Below, piece by piece: positions 37,415-45,105 of a stretch of DNA of 64,000 nt. Each line of letters opens with the position of its first letter. The first letter of the stretch is position 1. The DNA is from an uncultured virus (IMG/VR IMGVR_UViG_3300030330_001898) (taxonomy: Duplodnaviria > Heunggongvirae > Uroviricota > Caudoviricetes). Both the position numbers and the translations under genes were made by a program. The DNA is taken from IMG/VR virus record IMGVR_UViG_3300030330_001898, positions 1-64,000 of that record. One strand, written 5' to 3'. The notes under the pieces are model-generated. The model ran no database searches. It was not told where the DNA came from and saw only the letters and a list, made by a program, of their open reading frames with translations.

Positions 37415-37621
37415 ATGAGTAAATACAAACAAACAGAACTGTTCAGTAAGAAAGAGATGAAAGAGTTAGTGGAAGATGAAGTAGCAAAACAATCATGTAG
37501 TACAGATGAGGCTACGAAGTCAATAAATGATAGAGCATTAGAAATTATAGACTATAATTTAGATACTATAGAAGATGCGATAGAGGATAAACTCTTAGAC
37601 TTGTCTGAACAGTTTAGATAA
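37415..37621 (+). CDS. hypothetical acidic early protein
   Basis: AAGGAG SD upstream. Confidence 0.65.
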   Translation: MSKYKQTELFSKKEMKELVEDEVAKQSCSTDEATKSINDRALEIIDYNLDTIEDAIEDKLLDLSEQFR

Positions 37622-37693
37622 ATCGGTGGCTAATAGTGCGGTGAACGGGATTACTTAATAGCCGCACTTGCCTTAACAAAGAAAGGAAATATT

Positions 37694-37936
37694 ATGATAG
37701 GATATATATCATTAGCAATACTATTTGGTTTCATATCAATATTGGTATGGAAAGATGTGACTTGCACAAATACAAAAACAAGAAGTTACTATCCGATTCT
37801 AAGTGAAATGGATTACCAGCAAGCAATAGAAATAAAGAAACATATAGATAAGTTGGTAGCTGATTTAGAAAAAGGTGGTTGGGATTACACAAAATACAAT
37901 ATGATAAGTAGTATCAGAAGGAGAAATGATGTTTAA
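37694..37936 (+). CDS. hypothetical single-TM protein
   Basis: AAGGA SD; N-terminal hydrophobic helix. Confidence 0.6.
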   Translation: MIGYISLAILFGFISILVWKDVTCTNTKTRSYYPILSEMDYQQAIEIKKHIDKLVADLEKGGWDYTKYNMISSIRRRNDV

Positions 37937-38333
37937 CAATGAAGAGATATACGATAGAGCGGTGAAATCATTTAATGAAGTAATTAATGAAAAGGTAATA
38001 GCCGCTACAGAATCGAAAGAGTGGGCAAAGTTTAAGTTTGCTACACTTACAAAACAAAAACTTAGGGAAGGTGCAATTAAACACGAGGCACAAATCCCTA
38101 TAACTCTTGTAGAATGTATTAAAGTTAACAGAGACAATTTACAAGAAGCAATAGAAGAAGGTATTGATATGCCAATATATGTTGAAGCAGAGTCAGTTTT
38201 ACAGACTCAACTTGATAGCAATACAACATATGAATACCTTAAAATAGCAAAAGAGTTCATGTATAAGGCAGTGTTTTATTTATTGTTAGCCTTATTTCAT
38301 GACTCAAAACCGAAAGGAAATGAAAATGAGTAA
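37926..38333 (+). CDS. hypothetical protein
   Basis: Overlapping-gene arrangement with an SD. Confidence 0.6.
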   Translation: MMFNNEEIYDRAVKSFNEVINEKVIAATESKEWAKFKFATLTKQKLREGAIKHEAQIPITLVECIKVNRDNLQEAIEEGIDMPIYVEAESVLQTQLDSNTTYEYLKIAKEFMYKAVFYLLLALFHDSKPKGNENE

Positions 38334-38634
38334 CTCAACACAGATAGAAGCGATTCTATATAATGTAAATAACACTGGCTTTGTAGAAGCAAGAGATGAA
38401 AGAGCACTTGCGTGCAGAAATGTGCAAGAGTTTGTGGATTATCTTAGAGACGCAAGTCCTAGTTTGTATGAACAAATTAACTTGTCTAATACAAAGATCA
38501 AAGTAAACTGGGAAGACAATGCAGTTTCTGGTGAATCACCATCTGCTAATCTTCAGACTTTACTGACCAGAACTAGTGCTACTGACGGTAGATGTATTAT
38601 TGCATTTAACGAGCACACGGTTAAAGGTGGATAA
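38326..38634 (+). CDS. ubiquitin-like (beta-grasp, MoaD/SAMP/Urm1-like) protein with C-terminal GG
   Basis: Ends VKGG-stop; NVQEFVDYL..ASPSL helix, IKVN strand and LQTLL..DG.CII pattern fit a beta-grasp; likely start ATG 38326 after AAGGA. Confidence 0.75.
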   Translation: MSNSTQIEAILYNVNNTGFVEARDERALACRNVQEFVDYLRDASPSLYEQINLSNTKIKVNWEDNAVSGESPSANLQTLLTRTSATDGRCIIAFNEHTVKGG

Positions 38635-38645
38635 TAAAAACAACA

Positions 38646-38669
38646 GAGGGGCAGTTTCGGCTGTCCCTC
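38646..38669 (+). terminator. UUCG-loop hairpin after the Ubl gene
   Basis: GAGGGGCAG-TTTCGG-CTGTCCCTC; no strong U tract. Confidence 0.55.
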
Positions 38670-38691
38670 ATAACTTTAAGGAGAGAATAAT

Positions 38692-38919
38692 ATGGCTGAG
38701 AAAGTGAAAACATGCGGTATTAATAAAGAAAAGGGTTATCTATATTACTTGAACATACATGGTGATGTGTATCGTAAAACTATAGATAAGAGAAGTGAGA
38801 AAGTTCTTGATACAAATATATTGCGTGAAAGTGGATACTTATACTTTATCGATAGAGAAGGTGATGTATCAAGAGCACCAATGGTAAGAAAGGAGTATAT
38901 AAATGTGGAAAGAAGTTGA
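38692..38919 (+). CDS. small CC1-like (crenarchaeal chromatin protein 1-like) nucleic-acid-binding protein
   Basis: Internal duplication KEKGYLYYLNIHGDV / RESGYLYFIDREGDV; family recalled from memory. Confidence 0.55.
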   Translation: MAEKVKTCGINKEKGYLYYLNIHGDVYRKTIDKRSEKVLDTNILRESGYLYFIDREGDVSRAPMVRKEYINVERS

Positions 38920-40897
38920 ATGGGATGACTTAGAAATGGACATATCTGATGTTTCATCTGAAATGATTATAGGTCCAAAGAATATAGTGATGAGAAAGAT
39001 TAACGACTTCAACAGATACTTTACTCAAAACACTTATGTTAGTGGCAATAGAACAATGGTAGAACCATTACCACCACTAGCATTTACAAGAACATATAGG
39101 TGGAAACCTGGATATATGAAAATTGTTAATGAAGTAATATCTGAAAGATTGTTGCAACTACATAAAGGTGGTAGCTTAGAAACTAAATTCAATAGAATGG
39201 ATAGAGCTCAACATCAACTCAGACAACTAAGAGAAAGACTCTTAGATATTGATACTCTGATGAGAGAGTTGAGAGTGAGAAAAGCAACAACTGATCAAGA
39301 TGTAGAAGCAGCAACAGAAAATATGCAAAATGTTATGGATATATTTCAGAACAAAACAAAAGAAGCAGAGTCTTACTTTTCTTTGAGAGATGATATGGAA
39401 ATATCAATGATATTTAAATATTGGGAACCAAATACTTCTCATTTAGATGAGGATGAACAGTTGTCAATGTCTCAGATAAACTTACTAAAGTTTCTTACTG
39501 GACATTTATCTATGGCTATACATATCAAAGATCCTGAAATGGAAATATTGCATAGTAGTTTTGGACAGCAAAGAAAAGTAAAATCGTATGGTAAGATTAA
39601 ACTTATGGACGATATATTTGTTCTTTATGAAATACCATTTTATGCAATGTTTCAAGCACTATACACTTCTAAATTTCATGATTTGAAAGCAAGCGATATC
39701 AGCAACAATTATCAATATAGAAATATGATTGACGGATATCTCAGAGGACAAAATCTGAATAGATCTTACGAAAGTCATGGTATGACAAGATATTCTGGTA
39801 GACCTACTGAACTATCAGGTTGGTGTGGAAGTGATAGTCCTGGACAAAGAACATTCCCATACATTAGTAAAGGTCATAGTTATGAAACAGACACTAATAG
39901 TTTTTCAGCTTTCGGTGTTAATCATAATGCAGTAAGCACTTGTTTTGGTAATATGGATCAACATATTCGAGATGCATTTGTAAGACTAGATTTCTTATCT
40001 ATTATGGATATATTATCACATTGGATTAGATATGATATACACGATACAAGACCTCTAAACAACTTACAAGAAAGTTTCTACACTTTACCAAAAAATCGTA
40101 TTAGATCTGATTTTATAAAAGATTATACGGATTTTGATATAGGTAGAATGCATTCAAAATTGTTTAATGATTTTGATTGTGATAGACATTTCAGAAATTA
40201 TTGGTCTCAACCAACTCACGAATATATTGGTCAAGTAGATCAGTATGGTACGAGAAAATATCTAGAGTCTGGTTATGCTATGTTGGGTAAAGGTTGGTTG
40301 CAAGAACCTGAATCACCAGTAGTTTCAGTTGGTAATTCACAAGAACAATATCGTGCAATATTTGGTTGGGACTTTAGTCGTCCTAACTGGATACCTAACA
40401 GTCTTATCATAATGGAACTTCAAAGTAGACTTGCTACTTATGGATTTCTAAATGATGATACATATGTTGAGGATACCAAGAACATCAAAGATGTTCATAT
40501 AACTGCTTATCAAGAATACACATATGCTTTGGTAGATGCAGTTAAAAGAATATTAGATGAAGATCAATGTATTACTATTGGTCATGGATTATACAAACAT
40601 ATGGAAAATCTGGTAGAGTTTGTTGACAATATTGAATGGACTGAATTAGAGGAAATGAATCAGAAAGTGAAAAAGGAACTAGAAAAAGAAATCAATATGG
40701 TGCAAAGTAGAATAAACAGTAGAATAGACAATGATCTTCCATTTCAAGAGGATGAAGATCCATATGAATTAGATTATGATGATGATGAATATGAATACGA
40801 GTTAAACAGAGTAGATTTTCCTGGATTATTACCAGGTGAATCACCAATACAATATGAACGTAGAATATTAAACGAAAGAGAGGATAGTAATGAGTAA
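38903..40897 (+). CDS. large protein with putative prokaryotic E2 (UBC-like) domain
   Basis: FPYIS...STC347FGN...IRDAF..LDFLSIMDILSHW resembles the E2 HP...C-LG...helix core; lies between Ubl and JAB genes. Confidence 0.55.
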   Translation: MWKEVEWDDLEMDISDVSSEMIIGPKNIVMRKINDFNRYFTQNTYVSGNRTMVEPLPPLAFTRTYRWKPGYMKIVNEVISERLLQLHKGGSLETKFNRMDRAQHQLRQLRERLLDIDTLMRELRVRKATTDQDVEAATENMQNVMDIFQNKTKEAESYFSLRDDMEISMIFKYWEPNTSHLDEDEQLSMSQINLLKFLTGHLSMAIHIKDPEMEILHSSFGQQRKVKSYGKIKLMDDIFVLYEIPFYAMFQALYTSKFHDLKASDISNNYQYRNMIDGYLRGQNLNRSYESHGMTRYSGRPTELSGWCGSDSPGQRTFPYISKGHSYETDTNSFSAFGVNHNAVSTCFGNMDQHIRDAFVRLDFLSIMDILSHWIRYDIHDTRPLNNLQESFYTLPKNRIRSDFIKDYTDFDIGRMHSKLFNDFDCDRHFRNYWSQPTHEYIGQVDQYGTRKYLESGYAMLGKGWLQEPESPVVSVGNSQEQYRAIFGWDFSRPNWIPNSLIIMELQSRLATYGFLNDDTYVEDTKNIKDVHITAYQEYTYALVDAVKRILDEDQCITIGHGLYKHMENLVEFVDNIEWTELEEMNQKVKKELEKEINMVQSRINSRIDNDLPFQEDEDPYELDYDDDEYEYELNRVDFPGLLPGESPIQYERRILNEREDSNE

Positions 40898-41813
40898 GTT
40901 CATAATGAATCAGAAAGACTGGGATACTATACAAAATTATTCCAGATATGCTTATGATGAGCACAAGTCAGAAATTGGTGGATATATGCTTGTTAAAGAA
41001 ATTGATAACAAGTTTGTATTTACTAATCCAGTAATACTTGAACAAGAAATTACTGCTAGTAATACAGAGATAACAGCAGACGCTGTTAGTGATTATACAG
41101 TTAAAATGGAAGTGCAACACGGTAAAGAGGAATATTGGTTGTGCTGGTGGCATAGTCATCACACTATGGATGTTTTCTGGTCCCCAACTGACCATACAGC
41201 TATTAATCAACATAAAACAATAACAGGTAAATATACATTTAATCTTGTTGTTAATCTTAAAGAAGAACATATTCTTAGAGTATGTGATTGGAGAACTGGT
41301 ACACAAACTGATCTTCAAATGGAAATAGGTGATAAAACTGAAATACCAGATTATATTATCAATGAAGTTGAAGAGAAATGTTCAAAACCTAAACCTGTAA
41401 CATACAAATATCAGACTACGAAAACAAATAATGCATTTAGTAGTATGTATAATGGTGGATATGTTAATCAGATGAATATATGGGCTTCGGATAAAACAGA
41501 TGAAGAAAGAGTAGATGTTGAAGCAAAGTTAGATACTATCTTACAAGAATATCTTAATGATTCTGATTATCCAAAATACAGAAAAGCTGTAGGAAATCTA
41601 AATAGAAAACTTGGTAGAGATCAAAGTGAGCTTAGAGTTCTTATAGTAGATAAAGAACAACTTGTGCAATGTGTTCATTTGTTAATGGCAGATGAATATA
41701 TTTATGCAAAAGGTGGTGATAAACCAGATATACAAACATCAATAGATTTTGAAAGGTCTTTTGATATGACTGGTAATGTAAATATAATTAATGCGAAAGG
41801 AGAAGTGAAATGA
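40890..41813 (+). CDS. JAB/JAMM (MPN+) metalloprotease
   Basis: E28 plus H88-S-H90-x7-S98-x2-D101, a complete JAMM motif. Confidence 0.9.
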   Translation: MSKFIMNQKDWDTIQNYSRYAYDEHKSEIGGYMLVKEIDNKFVFTNPVILEQEITASNTEITADAVSDYTVKMEVQHGKEEYWLCWWHSHHTMDVFWSPTDHTAINQHKTITGKYTFNLVVNLKEEHILRVCDWRTGTQTDLQMEIGDKTEIPDYIINEVEEKCSKPKPVTYKYQTTKTNNAFSSMYNGGYVNQMNIWASDKTDEERVDVEAKLDTILQEYLNDSDYPKYRKAVGNLNRKLGRDQSELRVLIVDKEQLVQCVHLLMADEYIYAKGGDKPDIQTSIDFERSFDMTGNVNIINAKGEVK

Positions 41814-42448
41814 ATGAGAGATATTCTGGGTTAGTTAATAACTTTGATGAATATGCTTATCATTTCTTGGGTTGCGGTGCTATTGGTAGTGCCGCAGCTA
41901 CAACTATGGTAAGAATGGGTGCTAATATGGTCCATTTGTATGATATGGATCGTGTTGAAAGCCCTAATATTGGTGTATCAATATATGATACTAATGATAT
42001 TAATAAACCAAAAGTAGAAGCATTGAAAGATAAACTCTTAGCAATCAATCCAAATGCCTATATTAATACTCATAATGGTGAATTTGAAAACATATTACAA
42101 GAACCTCGTAATGTAGTTATTCTTGGATTTGATTCTATGAGTTCAAGATTAGATGCAGTAAAGAATATTCTAAACTTAGAAAAACCTGAGATACTTATTG
42201 ACGGTAGAATGGGTGCAGAATATTATCAGCAATATACATTTGAACAACCAACTTTGAAAGAGTATATGAAAACTTGGTATACAGATGATATAGCAGATGA
42301 TGTTCCATGTAATCAAAAAGCAACTAGTTATTGTAGTAATATGACTGGTAGTTTGATATGCAACAATGTAAAAAAGATACTGAAAGATGAACCTTATATG
42401 AAAAATTTCTCTTTCAACTTTGTTACTTGTTCATTAGATTTACATTAG
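41810..42448 (+). CDS. ThiF/E1-like adenylating enzyme
   Basis: GCGAIGS, YDMDRVESPN, KPKVEAL, FDS, IDGRMG motifs; candidate catalytic C167. Confidence 0.92.
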   Translation: MNERYSGLVNNFDEYAYHFLGCGAIGSAAATTMVRMGANMVHLYDMDRVESPNIGVSIYDTNDINKPKVEALKDKLLAINPNAYINTHNGEFENILQEPRNVVILGFDSMSSRLDAVKNILNLEKPEILIDGRMGAEYYQQYTFEQPTLKEYMKTWYTDDIADDVPCNQKATSYCSNMTGSLICNNVKKILKDEPYMKNFSFNFVTCSLDLH

Positions 42449-42538
42449 TAATATATTAACTGGTGTGGGGGCTATATACCTCTCTATATCCACTATCAAT
42501 CTCATTGGTCCCCGCACTCTATTAGAAAAGGAAAGGAA

Positions 42539-42949
42539 ATGAAAGCATATATAAGTGAACTTATATACACTCAAGAAACTCAATCAGAACATAATAGTTG
42601 GGAACATAGAATGCCTTACAAAGAAATGTTCCAAAGCATGGATATAGACTTTACAATACAACTTGAAAACTTAATTACATTTCATCAATGTTGGGAAAAA
42701 TATCACAACAATACAATATGGTGTCAATTAGGTTTAATAAGAGATGATTCAGATAAAGTTTTAATGGCTTCACAAGGTTATCCAGCAAACGAAATAACTG
42801 ATCAAAAACCATATGGTCCAAGTATGCGTATAGACATAGGAACTTTGCATGAAGTTGCTATATGTGAGAAACATTCAATACCATATGAATTAATATTAAA
42901 AATGAAAATCAAATATATACATGTTAAAATGAGAAGGAGAGTGTTATGA
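42539..42949 (+). CDS. hypothetical protein
   Basis: AAGGA SD upstream. Confidence 0.6.
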   Translation: MKAYISELIYTQETQSEHNSWEHRMPYKEMFQSMDIDFTIQLENLITFHQCWEKYHNNTIWCQLGLIRDDSDKVLMASQGYPANEITDQKPYGPSMRIDIGTLHEVAICEKHSIPYELILKMKIKYIHVKMRRRVL

Positions 42950-43149
42950 AAACAGAAGTAATAAAGCCTAAAAGCAAAGCAATGACGGCAAAAGAGAGAG
43001 CTCTAACAGCAGAGCTCTTTCGTAAAAGATACGGAGCATGGTATTTCTTTAATTATAAGAAGTATGGAACATTTCGTATAAATGAAAAAAAAGAATCTTG
43101 GTTAGAAAAGTTTGATAAACAAACACCAAGAGATAGGCAAGGATGGTAG
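42946..43149 (+). CDS. hypothetical protein
   Basis: ATGA overlap; GGAG SD. Confidence 0.6.
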   Translation: MKTEVIKPKSKAMTAKERALTAELFRKRYGAWYFFNYKKYGTFRINEKKESWLEKFDKQTPRDRQGW

Positions 43150-43427
43150 TTATGAATGAAAAAAAATGGTCAATAAAACATGAAGGTAAATTGAATCCAA
43201 ATAATATAGTATTTAATAATAAATATAAAGAACTATATGAAAAGATGAAAAAAGTTGATGATAAAATAAAAGAAATACACAATGAAGATCCAGGACAATT
43301 AGTATGTACAGTATGTAATACAGGTGCAAATCCACAAGGACATGCTGATCAATGTGATGACATATGGGTTGCATATTGTAATGGTTGTGGTGATTATGGT
43401 GAATTTATTTACGAAAAAGACTTGTAA
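43143..43427 (+). CDS. small zinc-ribbon protein
   Basis: CTVC...CNGC pairs. Confidence 0.6.
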   Translation: MVVMNEKKWSIKHEGKLNPNNIVFNNKYKELYEKMKKVDDKIKEIHNEDPGQLVCTVCNTGANPQGHADQCDDIWVAYCNGCGDYGEFIYEKDL

Positions 43428-43450
43428 AATTCAATACTTAGGAGTATATT
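43422..43450 (+). promoter_or_regulatory. sigma70-like promoter for the replication genes
   Basis: TTGTAA-N17-TATATT. Confidence 0.5.
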
Positions 43451-43495
43451 AGTAGGCTCAAAAGAGCATAATAATAATAAGAAAAAGAAAGGTAA

Positions 43496-44086
43496 TTGAA
43501 TATGAAGTTCAAAGGTAAAGAATATACTGAAGTCAAAGATCGTATCGATGCATTCTTATCTGAATATCCTGAAGCTACAATAGAAACAACATTAGTTTCA
43601 GTAAACAATATAACAGATACACCAACAGGTGAAAGATGTAATGAATACTTAATATCTGCTACAGTATACCCTTCAAAAGAAAACAATCCAGATCAATATT
43701 ACACTGGTCATGCAGCTGAACGTGACAATACTGGATTTGTTAACAAAACATCAGCACTAGAAAATTGTGAAACATCAGCAGTCGGTAGAGCATTAGCCTT
43801 TGCTGGATATGGTGGTGGATACGCAATAGCTTCGAAAGAAGAAGTGGATAATGCAAAAGCTGCACAAAAGAAATCTCATGTAACAATAAAAATGTTAGAA
43901 GAGTTAGATGCTGGTTTCAAGAAAGCTACACCTTACTTAGACGAAGCAATGATAAAAAGATACAATGAACAGCGTACTGCTGGACATTTCGATACTAAAC
44001 TTAGAGTAAATGCTACAATGCAATACTTTAATCAAATGATTAAGGAGGGCAAGGATGTCGGAAAAGACAAAAAAGATGCCAAGTGA
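43496..44086 (+). CDS. single-strand annealing protein (Rad52/Sak-like)
   Basis: YTEVKDRI...TGHAAE...NKTSALENCETSAVGRAL motif; upstream of an SSB-like gene. Confidence 0.7.
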   Translation: MNMKFKGKEYTEVKDRIDAFLSEYPEATIETTLVSVNNITDTPTGERCNEYLISATVYPSKENNPDQYYTGHAAERDNTGFVNKTSALENCETSAVGRALAFAGYGGGYAIASKEEVDNAKAAQKKSHVTIKMLEELDAGFKKATPYLDEAMIKRYNEQRTAGHFDTKLRVNATMQYFNQMIKEGKDVGKDKKDAK

Positions 44087-44312
44087 GCATAGAATAGTAG
44101 GTTTAGAAGAAGGAGATATTGAATCTATCAGCAATGATCATGGTGATTTTGTATTACTAAGATTACCATTCAATGGTGGTGAATATGGATATAACCTTAT
44201 CGACACAACAAGAGCTGTAGTCGCATTACAAACACATTGTGAATCTCATAATGAAATGATGCGTGATGCTATTACAGATAAGACAAACGAATACATGGAG
44301 GATAGTAAATAA
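44055..44312 (+). CDS. hypothetical protein
   Basis: Coupled ORF within the replication operon. Confidence 0.55.
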   Translation: MSEKTKKMPSEHRIVGLEEGDIESISNDHGDFVLLRLPFNGGEYGYNLIDTTRAVVALQTHCESHNEMMRDAITDKTNEYMEDSK

Positions 44313-44851
44313 TGGCTATTACAGGTACTAAATACAAAAACAGTAGTAAAAACATTCGTAATTATTTTGTGAATGATACTACAATAACTGATGTTGAAGT
44401 AATGGACTCACCTTATACAGATATGAGTTTAAAACTTCAATTGACTGATGATAATAATGGATATACATACACTTGTTTTGTAAATCAAAACTTTGAAAAA
44501 GATACAAGTGGTGTTGTAACAGGTATGGCTTATCCAGACGATCTTAATACATTGTTTGTTGCAGCAAAATGTGATCTTAATGTAAGTGATGCTGGTATAC
44601 TAGACACTAAATCATTAGAATCATTAGTTGATAAAAAAGTATCTTGTATTAGTTACAAATCTACAGGTAAATACAAACGTAATACTTGGGGAGTTGTATC
44701 TAATCCAGATAGTAAAGAACAACTTGAATCTAGGTTCAATCAACAAATATCAAAAGGTTATCCTAAAGACTATGATAAGTCTACATCCGAGACTGAAACT
44801 ATTGTTGAAGTTGCAAAAGAAACCTTCAAAGGTGAGGAAGTACCCTTTTAA
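44312..44851 (+). CDS. putative ssDNA-binding protein
   Basis: Beta-rich body with acidic C-terminal EEVPF tail; between SSAP and primase-helicase. Confidence 0.6.
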   Translation: MAITGTKYKNSSKNIRNYFVNDTTITDVEVMDSPYTDMSLKLQLTDDNNGYTYTCFVNQNFEKDTSGVVTGMAYPDDLNTLFVAAKCDLNVSDAGILDTKSLESLVDKKVSCISYKSTGKYKRNTWGVVSNPDSKEQLESRFNQQISKGYPKDYDKSTSETETIVEVAKETFKGEEVPF

Positions 44852-45105
44852 TGACAGCTGAAGAAATAGTTATTGCGTGGATTAAAAGTATCAAAGGTAA
44901 AAGAAGTGATATCTTTTATAGTTATGATTTGGAAGGTGCACTACCATTGTATGGTAGGTTAGCACATCAAAAATTACACACTGCAAGTACTTATGCTAGA
45001 GCATTTAGAAAGATACGTGAAAGTAATACTTTAAGAAAGCATGGCATAAAACTAGAAGAAGTTGAACATAAAAGTGGGAAAGTAAAAGGATGGAAAATAG
45101 GATAA
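44851..45105 (+). CDS. hypothetical protein
   Basis: TAATG-coupled ORF. Confidence 0.55.
   Translation: MTAEEIVIAWIKSIKGKRSDIFYSYDLEGALPLYGRLAHQKLHTASTYARAFRKIRESNTLRKHGIKLEEVEHKSGKVKGWKIG

Noticed and set aside
36660..37700. tRNA or other known structured RNA in early intergenic gaps
   Set aside because: Hairpins are present, but no cloverleaf, T-loop GTTC or CCA pattern was recognisable.
38326..42448. Reading the ThiF + GG-protein + JAB as a thiamine/molybdopterin/cysteine sulfur-relay cassette
   Set aside because: No ThiG, MoaE, CysM, rhodanese, desulfurase or PP-loop thiolase nearby, and an E2-like gene is embedded. Disfavoured but not formally excluded.
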